From the NCBI GenBank assembly GCA_030141605.1, contig JAQGDQ010000095.1, positions 186,001-250,000 on the forward strand: DNA of 64,000 nucleotides, given 5' to 3'. The notes beneath the pieces were generated by a model. The model saw nothing but the letters and a program-made list of their open reading frames with translations. It was not told where the DNA came from and did no database searches. The translations under genes were made by a program, and so were the position numbers. Of the stretch, positions 14,201 to 29,000 are shown piece after piece. Numbering within the stretch: the first letter of the stretch is position 1; each line of letters starts with the position of its first letter. Origin of the DNA: Tubiluchus corallicola (taxonomy: Eukaryota; Animalia; Priapulida).

Positions 14201-15833
14201 AGTAATCTTTGCAGCCATACTATATAATAAGCATTTACTGTTTTTTGGACAGTTGCCAACTTTTTGCTAGCGAACAGTGTGGTTGTCAGTCCATGCTGTT
14301 TTTGCTCTTTATCGAAGGTATTACTACAAATTTAGAGCTCTTTGGCAAGGCTAGGTTAAACTGCTTTTTTGATAACCGAGGCTTTTGATAAGGTCTGTCT
14401 CGGCTCGACTTTGCAAGTTTTTATAATTAATGGCATAAGAGGCAGTACATTTGTTGTGAAGAGAATAGCGCTGCATTGTCACACAATATTACAATGCCTA
14501 TTATATGCATGTGTCTTATTAGTTTTGTACTCATTTGCTTTTTTGACTTTTTGCTTCGATCTTAGACAGAAAAATGTATTTTACACAAGCTGCTAAGAAC
14601 ATATAAAAAGGCAGAATTTCTGTATTGTTTTCAAAAATATCAACTCCTGATGTATAGTGTGTGGCTGACTGTCTGTCTTTATGGATAGACTATCAGATCT
14701 TCTTATAATACTGCAGTCATATCTGGGGCTTGATTTGTTACTTTAATCCAGTTGACAGATTGTGAATTGCATTGTCTAATCTATAGTTACGCTCAGCCGT
14801 GTTATATATATTGCTCACTGAAGATCTGGGACTATGTTAAATTATTAAAGCTCTTTTTATTGCTGTTTTTGTGGAAGGTGCTGTAGGCTGTCTTTTCAGT
14901 GGAAGTCTACTAGGAGTACTCGTTTTACTACTGTTTCTCATATTCCTAACATGGACATTCCTAGATGTAGAATGTCCATGGTAAGAACATTCAGATTTTT
15001 TCTTTCTTATGCCCCTTGTCTGTGGTATTCTTTATCAGAAATTCAGTATCCTGTTGACTACAAATTCACTTGTTTCAACAAGAATCTGTTGCCACTTAGA
15101 GCAAATGAGTTACAAAAACTTTAAATTTCTGGGCCTGTGTTGATATTTTCATTTAATTGGTCCAATTACGCCGTGTGGCCACTGGCCTTGTTTGCCTTAA
15201 TTTGTGTGGTAAAATAGATTTATATCAGTTTTTTAAAATTAACCTATTTATTTCTAGGGAGATTTGAAGCAATTTCTCTTAGCTTCTAGGAAGGAAAATT
15301 TAAGCAAGAAGAAGGCTCCCCCGTTAACTCTAGCCCAGATGATTTCCATTAGCCATCAAGTAGCATTAGGAATGGAACACCTTGCCAATCACCGGTTTGT
15401 CCACCGTGATCTTGCTGCACGTAATTGTCTAATCAATTCTGTGTACGAAGTCAAGGTAGCCAACATGAGTCTCACACGTGACATATATGTTAAGGAATAT
15501 TACAGCTTGCGTCAAAAGTTATTGCCAATTCGATGGATGTCTCCAGAAAGTTTGGTGGATGATGACTTTTCCACAAAAAGTGATGTCTGGTCATTTGCAG
15601 TGTTCATGTGGGAAGTCTTCACGCAGGGCGACTTGCCTTATTCCGGACGTACAGACGAAGACGTTGCTCATGAGCTGAAGACAGAGCACTTACAATTACC
15701 AGCTCTTGAACAATGCCCAGAAGATTTGCATCGACTGATGAGAGCATGCTGGGTGGAAAAGCCGAGCGAAAGGCCTTCATTCTCTGACCTAGCTGTTAGT
15801 ATAGGGGAAATGCATGTTGCTAGTGATTTGTAA
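517..15833 (+). CDS. PTK7: Inactive tyrosine-protein kinase 7 (PTK7/CCK4/off-track) receptor pseudokinase; 5' part lies upstream of the window
   Basis: Exons spliced by hand, all AG/GT, frame continuous (~940 aa): 517-804, 1129-1273, 1962-2095, 3312-3441, 3957-4126, 4885-5024, 5940-6084, 6698-6810, 7167-7323, 7552-7703, 9215-9335, 9703-9858 (or -9870), 12910-13074, 13304-13536, 15258-15833. Six Ig domains (e.g. CLVRGNPEPNIAW..DNGIYHC), TM segment TIIIAVGCAAGYMILVVGLIIWC, and a kinase with LQFPRHDL, GKGNYG, EFRRELDM, VHRDLAARN, DFG replaced by NMS, RWMSPE, KSDVWSF, as in PTK7. Confidence 0.95.
2352..3014. mobile_element. Degenerate non-autonomous TIR element (hAT-like MITE) in PTK7 intron
   Basis: Imperfect TIRs taaggctgccaaac / gtctgccaacctta, subterminal (t)tcgaa/ttcgat motifs at both ends, flanks gttaaagt vs attaatgc (5/8, possible decayed 8-bp TSD). 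Confidence 0.4.
3703..3732. repeat. (TA)n microsatellite
   Basis: Direct reading. Other (TA)n tracts at ~11204-11236, ~23226-23244 and ~52672-52690. Confidence 0.95.
3731..3883. repeat. Near-perfect long inverted repeat (fold-back)
   Basis: Left arm 3731-3798 and right arm 3814-3883 are reverse complements apart from one 2-nt bulge; 15-nt spacer cttgatcggttttaa. Confidence 0.93.
11239..11922 (+). mobile_element. 5'-truncated CR1/L2-clade LINE 3' end (ORF2 C-terminus, 3'UTR, A-rich tail)
   Basis: ORF 11239-11493 reads YCRTNTARHHLTFTGPLLWNKLCLELKNAKSEHTLKLKFK, typical of the post-RT tail of CR1/L2 ORF2. It is followed by an (ATC/ATT)-rich UTR, a hairpin near 11792-11830 and the tail aataaataaatctaaataaaaaaaa. 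Confidence 0.75.
13800..13990 (+). mobile_element. Penelope-like element pseudo-LTR remnant with degenerate minimal hammerhead motif
   Basis: ctgaaga-actac-agcg-gtaat-ttgaaa-tgttg at 13844-13875 fits CUGANGA-stem II-GAAA in a T-rich context typical of PLE ends. Boundaries approximate. Confidence 0.4.
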
Positions 15834-18286
15834 ACCTTTAGTTGTCAAATTCTAGTAACGTTCTTGTTTCCATGTTACTTGGTGTACAACAGTACTTTAT
15901 AAGCTTGCGCTCACACAGTTTTTGCAACAAGTGCCTACTGGTTGTGATCTGTAATTTATGCTTTATCTTCACTGTGTGGTAATTTAATTCGCTTTATACA
16001 AGAAGCTCCTGATTGTAAATTAAAACTGAAGAAATACTCTCCAGCTAACCGCTAATAATTTTATTCCAAGTTTATGGAGCAATTAGTTTCCTGCTAACAT
16101 TAAGAATTGTGTGCATTTTGTTTCTGGCTGCACTCTGTTTTATCTTGCAGTGGTACATATAGCAGGTGCAATTTTTGCCAGAATTGCAATCATTGGATAT
16201 TATTGTTGCATTTGAAAATAATTCACTCTTTTCACATGAAATCTTTTTGACATCCACACTTTACTGGTTCATTGCGTTATATCATAGCCATAACGGATTC
16301 CTGGTATATCTGCTTCGCTTGGCAGTAGACATTTAAATGGTGTGCACAAGGTATGCATTTGCTGTAATTGCTTATGTAAAAAATTGGAAATAGTGTGTAC
16401 ATTAGGGCTTGAATCAATGTTGGTGCTAATTGTGCAACTATTATTTATGTTTAGTCAGGAACATGCAAAAGAATTCATATTTGTCTAGATTGTACAGTGT
16501 TTACCGTACAACAATACTTGTTGGTTTTAAGTACAAAGTTTTGTATCTAATTCGCAGTTTGTTTTTTTGTCTTTCCTCTGATAAAAACTTATTTGGGTTA
16601 GTGAATTAAGACACAGTAAGATAGTGTCTATTGTGACAGGCCATTTTCTGGTAATATTTGTAGTTTAACGGAAATGTATCGCACAAGCTAACAGAATTCT
16701 AGTGACACAGTTGCCAACATTAAATAATCGAGTTAATTAGGACAATGCAGCTTGTAAATGCTATACTTGATCCTCATCGTATCTCCCCACTGAATCTTTA
16801 CTGGGTGTGACGCAAGTAAACTAAAACAACTTGCCATATTTATGTAATATATAACAGTGTGTTTTATTCTCTGTTGAGTAGTAACGTATGTATTTGGTTT
16901 TTAAAATGTGTTTATTTTATTTTATAACTAGGTTTTGTTGTCTTATAGAAAAAATCATGTTAATTTCTCCCGCAGTGTATATAGGTAAAATTGTATTTCA
17001 CGTACTTCATGCAAATTGTTTCATTTACAAAGGTAAATGCACATCATTGTTTATGTAGTGATTTTGTCTATCATGTCGAGTGCTTCCATTTATATAGCTT
17101 TTGTACATAATCTTTCTTATTGTCAGCTTTATATAGAATTACATAATACTGTTGTGGTGCCCATACTTTTTAAATTATATACTTCTATTACAGACTTGAA
17201 GTCTTTCTTAAAACTCTTAAAATGTTTTAACACGAAACAGCAAAAAATGCTTAAGAAGATGACTGATGGAGTGACGGGAACTTTTAGGACACATAGGATT
17301 ACCAATGGGAAATGTGACAGTCTTTGTTAGGAATCACTTAGAATACTGCTCCCACGCATCATCATTCGAGAAAGTTCTCTTGCGTTGGCATGCATTCTGG
17401 CATTTGATAAAAAATCATTAACTTAACATAGCTTTTGCTGCTGTCCATATTTTAAATGTATTTTATTTTTTTATCACAAAAAAATGTGAACTTAAATTGT
17501 GCATTTGAGAATTTTGCTAAACTTGGCTGTAAAACCTAAAACCTCCAAACCCACTAACTAACAAAAGTTCAGTTCAGATTTTAGTCAGTTTTGTAGAAAA
17601 CATTGTAGCATTATGCGTGAACAAAATCAGATTTGCAAAATGTAATATTTATTCGTAATGGTGAAAAGGGTCTGGATTTGTTTTATCCAATGACCACATT
17701 GTTCTCATAATCATAAAAACCCGTTGTTGCTTTGTACTGGAAGCATGTCACAAATTGCAAAATGCAATTTTTCTAAGAATCTATTTAATATCTTCATCAT
17801 GTTGCATTTTTTAAAATAAACAGTGATTTTTTTTTACAAAGCTATGCATATGTATATTTTTCATCAATGTTAAATCAACAAGTACAATGTTTGCACAAAA
17901 ACACTCAAGATAAAATGGTAGTTATCTTAATACACATTTAGATTAGTGATAAAACTAGACAGCGATTTGTAAGGAATTGCACGTGCGCACACATACATAT
18001 TCATTTGTATGTGGTAAATCAATTTGAAAAACTAACTAATGTACAGCAAAGTATTTTTCAAGCCCACTTTAATTAAAAAAATGGGTATGCAAAATTAGCT
18101 AACCAAAAAGCAAAACTTCACCCTTTACCAATCAATTACAAATTTGAGCAACTTCATGACTTTTTATAATGGTACACAAAACAAAAGTTTGATAAAGAAA
18201 AATTGAGAACAAGTTTAATAATATTCTGACCAAAATAAAAAACTTTAGGGCTTACAAAAAGTTAGTTTTATAAACAGTTTACAAAT

Positions 18287-20938
<2,652 letters not shown>

Positions 20939-21061
20939 GTTGGACGCAAAGAGAACAAACTTCGACAAATTGTCTTCCCACGCCCATACATATTTTTTAC
21001 TTCGACGAATAGAAGATTTTTGGAACCCTGATCAGAAGCTTGCGTTACTGTTTTTTTAAAT

Positions 21062-21200
21062 GATAATAATATTAAATAATAATAATCTTTATTTAAAGTC
21101 GGCTTTTTAGATTTTTAGATAAACATTTAACATGAGCTTGAAAAAACTTATGGGCCGACTGTAAATAACAATCTACAACTACACAAAGTACATAATAGAG
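21062..21200 (-). mobile_element. LINE (L2/CR1-type) 3' UTR fragment with (ATT)n tail
   Basis: aataataatctttatttaaagtcggc...gccgact: minus-strand AATAAA, microsatellite tail and an agtcggc/gccgact stem. Confidence 0.4.
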
Positions 21201-21254
21201 ACTATTAGTACCCAAATTTTATCCTAAATATCACACGCCGAGCAGGACAATAGC

Positions 21255-21332
21255 AGGTGCCATTTGACTGCATCGAAACTCGTGACCTTCCAGACAGAAT
21301 GCGGATGCGTTTCCACGAGACTAAACCATCTG
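21255..21332 (-). mobile_element. tRNA-like SINE head, degenerate
   Basis: Minus strand gatggtttagtctcgtggaaacgcatccgcattctgtctggaaggtcacgagtttcgatgc has A-box-like and B-box-like motifs at tRNA spacing but no proper cloverleaf. Confidence 0.3.
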
Positions 21333-21609
21333 GTCAAAATTTTCTCAAAAGAATTATCACGTTATTCTAAATTTTCTTATTAATTCCTGGACAAAAATAA
21401 AGAATCGTGTTGTTGTGGATTTAATGTGATCTCATTAGATAAAAGAGATTAGCTACTGACGTATATGGATATACTGAAAAAAGATTTAGCAAATACAATT
21501 TTAGATTTGAAGGATAATGCATCGTGGGCAGTGGCATCAACAGGTGTGACGTGCCATGTTTTTAAAACGTAGCAACACCTAGATGGCACTACACTGGGAT
21601 TATTCAATT

Positions 21610-22420
21610 TAGGAGTGAGCATCGAACGTTCGAAATTGATTTAAACGAGTTTTTTTAGTTCGAATTCGAATCGAGCCTGAAATTGTAGATCGAATAATTC
21701 AGCGCTTCAACTTCTATTTTATTAAATTCTTTATCGTTAAAATGTTTTCATTCCATTTCATTTATATCTATAGACAAAATGTTCTCACATGTATAACTTC
21801 CCACATTATGCTAGATGAACACTATGCAACAAAATATTCTGTACACATTTATCAACAATCTAACAGGAAAATGTTTCAGGATAGTTGTCCAATCTTTCTT
21901 TCCTGTAAAGAAAAGTGCACAATTCTCTAATTATTAGAGAACGATGTCACCTAAATCAAACACTCCTTCACTGCTAAGAAGGTCCATCAAATTAATGTAC
22001 CGAACATATTTGACGAACAGGCCTGATATTTGGCAAATTTTCCACAGTCTATCTCTGTCAGATGCATTTTAAAAGAAAGTGGTCAGCCAATTCTCATTCA
22101 CCACAATGACATAAACACAACTGAATAACTCCAATCTTGCTTATAAATAATTATTCAATCTCTAGGAACCAGATCTAGGTTAAAGAAGCTTCGAGAATTG
22201 GCTCTTAGATGGAAAATTAGGTCGTCTATCAAAAACAATATATAGACAGAAATTGAAAAGAAAACACCCATTAAATGAGCTATGCCCAACAAAACTGTCA
22301 TTTTAAGAACAGTTTTCTCGATAGCATTCTTTACAACCTGCAAAAAAAGAGCATTAGAACCTTCACTCAAAAACTGAGCGGCATTTATTGCATCTTCTTG
22401 GAGTTATAGGATTCACTCTT
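21610..22420 (-). mobile_element. Decayed hAT transposon end with transposase C-terminal remnants
   Basis: Terminus taggagtgagcatcgaa with multiple tcgaa subterminal repeats (21610-21700). ORF 22155-22370 contains FSISVYILFLIDDLIFHLRA, resembling the hAT/ZMYM-type YxxxVYxPFLDxLIxxL segment. Confidence 0.4.
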
Positions 22421-23042
22421 GAAAAGCTCCATCATTATTCGTGACCTTTGACAATTGATGTTCTACCCAGCTGATGGTTTAATGTACAGCATCCTGATGA
22501 CTTGTGTGGCATTATGACATGCAGTGTGAAACGGTGTACGTGTTGTATATAACTTAATTGTGAATGTTTTTGCCAATAACAAAATAAATTAAAAAGCCTA
22601 CTCAAGTCTGCTACATGTATAAAAGCAAAGCATATCATCACCACTTTGCTTTCTTCTTCAGTTTATGTACTGTAATTTGAAGAACCTAGCTGTATCATTA
22701 AAAAGCTGGGCAAACGACATAAAAGTTTGGTAAATAATATTTATTTTGCAAAAAAGAAATGTTGTGTAGATAATGCCTTAATTACACAATTATTCAACTG
22801 CATATAGCAGTATGGTGCACGAAATTTAAAAAAACAAATACTTATTCATGTCCATCGTATTCCAGTTTTCGTGAAGCAAGTTTTGTCACTTACATCATTA
22901 ATTACAATAATGCAAATTAAGCATTTGTGATCTTACTCACATTTAAAAAACAATGTCACCTTATCCATTTAATGAAACTTTACATGTATATACACATACA
23001 AATACTATACATATATACGTATTCCTACACATACTAGAATTA

Positions 23043-26000
23043 TCATACGTTAAGTTGCTCTAAAGCCGTAACAAAAGTTCGACACTTTGACATAAGAACT
23101 TTAATGGCCTCCTTGACCAATATATCTGGAGGAAGTGCACCAGTTGATTCAATTGAAACTGAAAAAAAGCAAATTTTTATATATATATGCAGCAGATTTA
23201 AATCAAATAAAATAACTCATTGAAATATATATATATATATATATAGATGGGTCCTTTTAGTAAAAAACAGGCACTAATCCTCTCTGGGGAGATCTGTATG
23301 TAGAAAAACCTATGACATCACCAAACCTTATGGGGGAGGGGGTGAAAATAACATTTGACCCAATAGAAACTGCAGCAGAAACAGGTTAGTTCAGTTGTAC
23401 AAAAATCAGTCATACTGTACAAGAAATCGAAGTTTTTGTCAAACAAAAACTACTAAGCATTTTCACATACCTCTCTATATTCAATCATTGTGAAATCCAC
23501 TTTTTCCCTCGTACTTTTTATCTGGTGGAATCCATTACCAGAAAATTGTTTTCCTGTTAACTTCAATCTCACCCGCTTCAAAGAGAATGATAATAGTCAC
23601 ATCATTCAATCATTAGAAATTACAGTAAATTTATTTTTGAACCTGTATTCATATTTCCATTTTTCTTAGTAAGTGAGTGAGGTACCACAAACTTTTGTGT
23701 GCAGACTTGCCACCCCACAACTACATTGCCTGACATCTGTGCAAGTCCTCTACATAAGGAAATTACTGCCATTCAAAACCTTCTCTCGTTGGCCCCCAAC
23801 CTGGGCAGAACCACAGCTGGGAGTTCACTGACTAGATGTTGAAGATGGTCTCTGGAAGTGTCTCCATCTAACACTCTCACATTTTGCACAATGATTTGCT
23901 TCCCAATTCTGTGCCTCAGCACAGGATGGCTGCCTCTGCATTTTCTTCGACAAATACATAAGAACCTGCACATGGGTTTCCAATTACCGTCCCACCAAGC
24001 TCCGGTCCATCCGTCGTCTAAGGTTGTTACCCATCTTATCATGGACAGAATCAAATCTTTATTACCTTTCAGTGCTCCACTAGTCATCGCTCTACCAGAA
24101 GAGGGAGAGTTGAAAAATCTCCTTGGTAGCCTATGTCGGTCTAAAAGGTACCATCAACTCCCTGGGCCACAACACTTTCAGCCTCTTTCTTCACACATCC
24201 AGACTCCATCCCTGAATCTTTACAATTAGGACCATGGCTTAGCAGCAAAGGCTAACTGTCCTGGGCTGACTGTGGCTGAATTTGTGTGCGATACTGGGGG
24301 GCATGTACAACTCAACCCACCTGAGAAAGTTTCTGTTGCAATTTGTTTGGGGTCAGATTTTATTTTTCTCCACCTAATATGCTAACAGTATCATAGGCAT
24401 GCACACCCACCAACCACCTCAACTGTCATCTGTGTCATGCAAGAATTCATCTCAACTCATCAATGCCACTATGATAGAGGAGAAAAACATCTTGAAGGAA
24501 TTTAGTTCTCAAAAAACCTTTAAAAACAGTGTTAGCAATAATAGTTATGTCCATATTATTTACATGCCAAAATCACTGCCCATAAAAACAAACTAAAATC
24601 AATGAACCATTTTGCTGACTCATTCTGCAGCTAATAGGCTAGACAGTGGGAAGCTTTATGATCAAGATGGAAGTAAAAAGGTAAAGTGACAACAACAACA
24701 AAAAAGTCACTGCTAGAATGTAACCGCTACCACTGCCATGTCATATTTAAATAAATTACAAAAAGGTAACAATTTTTTTAAAGAAATCTGTACTTACATA
24801 TAAAATGGTCACGAACACGTGATAGTCGCACACAGTCCTTCAACTGGTCCTGCCTTAGGATGTTTCTGCTGCAGGAATCCACTCGAGCATTTGCCACCCG
24901 CGCTACCCTTCTACCTGCAAGTAAATATGTGCATAGGAAATAAACCTGAGGAGTATAAATTGCCTTAGCTGAAAACCTGTTTAAAATTAATATATTAATT
25001 CTGTTTAAAATAAAAAATCTTACAAAAATATCATGCGCAATTTATCTGATTATAAATACTTTTACACACTACATGATGAATGAGATTAATGTATGTCAGA
25101 CAATTTAGGCTTCCACAACAAATCAGCATCCAAGCACATTTCAGTTTCAAAGTATACATTAAGGAAGGACTCTATGTGCACATTTTGTGTGATCCATGCT
25201 TAATGATTTTTTCCATGCATCTGTGAACACTATGCACATTAAAACTCACCACATTCTTTCCGTTAAGGAAGGACTCTATGTGCACATTTTGTGTGATCCA
25301 TGCTTAATGATTTTTTCCACGCATCTGTGAACACTATGGACATTAAAACTCACCGCATTCTTTCTACCATTTCTGGTTGCTGTTCGTCAAAAAGGAAATA
25401 ATAGTTTTTGGAAGCCGTGCCTTGGAAATTTCAGTGCAGTAGTGATCAAGAAATAACGACAGCTGTGTTGAAGGCCCATGGTGTTAGCTTATTATTGTGC
25501 TAGTAGACAGAAAGAAAACCACAAGTTTTGGATACCTAACTTTGTGCAAGGAAGAGAAAAATACCTGGGCATCACCACTATATGTAGCACAAAATAATTA
25601 CACGCCTTGTCCAACCTCCAAAAAACTAAAATGGAAGAAATATTATTGTGTGTGGGTCCTGAAGTAATCGAAACTCACCTGACCAGGAACCCAATCAATG
25701 AAAATGATTCATCAAAAAGTTGAAAACTTGTTAAATCACCTGCACAACAGTGGCTTCCCATCTGCGTAATGCATCACAGAGACTAGTGATCGCGCACTAC
25801 ACACTACGTATGCATGGAGAATACTTTTATATTGCCTGATATTCCACCACTTTCAATAACTCACTTAAAAACTTTTGAAGTGTTTAACAGATAACTGATT
25901 TTTTTGTTCGCAAACTATATTAAAGGTTGTATTACTAATTAATATTAAATGTATTAATGATTAAATTACCATTAATGTTGTCTATTTCAATGACTCCAGG

Positions 26001-29000
26001 AGAAAAGCATGACTGAAGAAGAGCAGCTAAATCATCATATACTGGAGTAAACAAAGTTATTTCTGGCAATAATCTATAAGATGCTGTAGCTGAAAGAGAT
26101 CACGAACAACCGCATAGTTATTTTATATTAAATTAAATTATATATATTATAATAATATATATAAGATTTATTGATTATAGTAAACACTCGTTTATGTTTC
26201 TGTTAAAATATTGCAATTATGATCAAAACAAACAAGATGTGTGTTAACACAATCAAGTCAAAGGCGAAACAAAGATCACAAACAAAGAAGTGAAAGTATA
26301 TACACAGAGTTTTAAGTAAAATACAAGACAAATCACAACATCATTCAGGTTTAAGAGTACATGTTACTGCAGCCTTTGACATCAAGTGTCCGACTGATAT
26401 TCTTAGGCTTTCTGTTGCTTTATAGGTATACCAAGCTCTTGTTTAGAGATGCCCAGTTAAAGATTCATTTTAATAACAGCAAATTTCATTAAGCTCTTTT
26501 CTCATTTAACAGTGATGATTTCCAAGACGAAAACTCTAAATGTTTAAATTTGTTGGTTTTATGTTTTAAAAAATCCGGAAGTAACAATTTGAAGCTAGTA
26601 TAGGAATATTTAATTTGGGTCATAAGCATACTGTCAAAGGCTGGTATACGTCTACAGGACATGATTTACTGCTGAAACTCACCACACAAAGTTAATTCAA
26701 CTGGTTGCAAATACGCTTTGAATTAATAGCTTTGTTCACTAGACACTTCATTTACATTAATGAAGTCTGGATAACAACATTTCATAGACTGCTTGGCGCT
26801 AATACAATGGCGAGTGTCAAAAAAGAATGAAACATCTATAATACCAGAAATGAAATTGCAAATTTTCAAACAGCTTGATGTCAAACAAACTGCAGCAGAC
26901 ATCAGCCAAATTTTTAACTTATCTCGGTCAACTATAAAAAAAACAATTCACAAAACAACTGTAAAATCACAGTACGAAATGTAATTAGCTTGTGTGTTAT
27001 AATGTTATTCAAGTTAAATTCTTAAGATTTTGCATAACAAGGTGGAAATGAAGAACAGTTCTCAGTAATTTTTTACAGCAAGCCAAGAGTGATCTTAAAA
27101 CAATGTCATTATTATTATTATTTACAGTACTGAGTTCTGCTCTTGGGAACGTATGGATTCCCCATTCTTCTCTATCTTTTAATGGATGACAGCTTTCCCC
27201 TTACTATCACATTCTGTTGATACATATTAAGAATGGAGTTTCTATAATAAAATAAATAGATAAATTCACAGAACTTGTAGAAAAAGATCCTTTTAGTTCT
27301 CTCTTTACATCCAGTCAGTAGGAAAATAGAAGCTGCTACCACTAACAAGCTTTTCATTATCATAGGCTTTGTATGGTTCGTTACAATACTACTAATTATT
27401 TTCCAAAATGCCAAATTTCACAAAAATTTACACTACGAAGATCAATATTTAATTCGCATTTCCAATTACTGTACTGTAGGTAATATTACCAACTGGAGAA
27501 AACTTTGCATGATCTTTCCCTATTCCTTTAAAGCAGTGCATTTTCAGGTCAATCTCTTGTCCAGGTCTCATTTTAGCTAGTAGGATGTCATCATGTACAG
27601 GACGGAAGGCATTCTTACCATACTGAAAATATCATGAAAAATGGCATCACAAACAATTATGCTATTGCTATTTACTATACATTATTTACTTGCAGCTTAA
27701 ACGTGTTTTTTAATTTCCAGCTTGGTATACGACATTGATATACTATACTAGTATACTATATGCTGGTATACTACACTAAGCAATCAAGAAAAAGCACAAA
27801 ATATGAAATTGCAACAGAGTAATCATAACAGTGACATGAAACTTCTTTCAGCCAATAAATAGGTTTCTTTTTTTACAATAGTTCAGCCTTTGGCCACTCT
27901 TAAGCAAGAAACTCACTTAACAAATCTTTACTGAATTAGTCAAGATAATAAACTCCATGGCCAAGTTTAGTAAGATCAGCATCTTTCTCAGAACATTATT
28001 CAAAATTTGCCAAGAGTGTGTTCTTATTGAAACAACTAGTCTAACAATGAATGTTATTCAACATCAAATAGCATTAGAAAATAATTTATAATCAACGTAA
28101 ATTCTTACCGTTTCCAGTTGATTTCCTATGGGGATCCATTTCAAGTGTTTAGTTAAAACTGAAATTAGCAAAATCCCAGAAACATTAAAAGTTAATTTGC
28201 AAATATTAATAGCGGTCCAAATTGTAACATTAAAATGTTTCAAAGTTTTTGTGATTCTACACAAGTGTAACACCATGCACCGAGGAAACTAATAGAAATA
28301 AAAAAACACTACATAAAGAAGTTCTTCAGTGTGTCTATAAACAATGATATGAGTGGGGACAGACTGTAATTTGTTCAACCTGCATTTACTCATTAATATT
28401 TTTAGCATATACAGTAATTGGTTAACAGATTTACGGTTATTAGACTCAATCGCTTAATTGACTCAATATTTTTCCTTCACGTACTTAAAATAAGACATTT
28501 GTATGTGCCCAAACAGCCTTTCCTACTTTTATGTCATCTTTACATCTCTTTTGTGGATTTTATGTGTAGAAGCAATCATGTTAAGTACCGTTTTGTTTGT
28601 AAACAGGTACGTTTATCATGCACTAATACGCTACTACGAATCTGTTACTTGCTGGCCCACTGTTACCCAAAGAATTTCTGGAAGCTAAACATTTAATCAC
28701 TTGTCTAGCAGTTTCCTTTTGATGCTCTATTTGCAAATCACGCTTTCAGGGTTAATGCGTTAATAGTCAAAGATGCAGGTACAATAATCAGCCAGTATTC
28801 CTTGTGACTTACAAGAGTAAATATCATACAACAAATAAGGGAATAGAGTTAAGAAGTTTGAAAAATGAAGCATAAGCGTAAAGGTCTAACAGTTAATGAG
28901 AAACTGAAAACTGGATGACGGCTGTATTGTTTAACAAATGGCTAGTGAAATGGATGCGAGCTTAAAGCGAAACATCATTTCACTGGCACACAACTGTACT

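Noticed and set aside
21255-21332. Functional tRNA gene
   Set aside because: Only degenerate A/B-box similarity; acceptor stem and T-arm do not pair, so listed as a possible SINE head only.
21576-21589. CTCF-like motif cacctagatggcac between METAP2 and POLR1C
   Set aside because: Single imperfect match within transposon-like sequence; not supportable without ChIP data.
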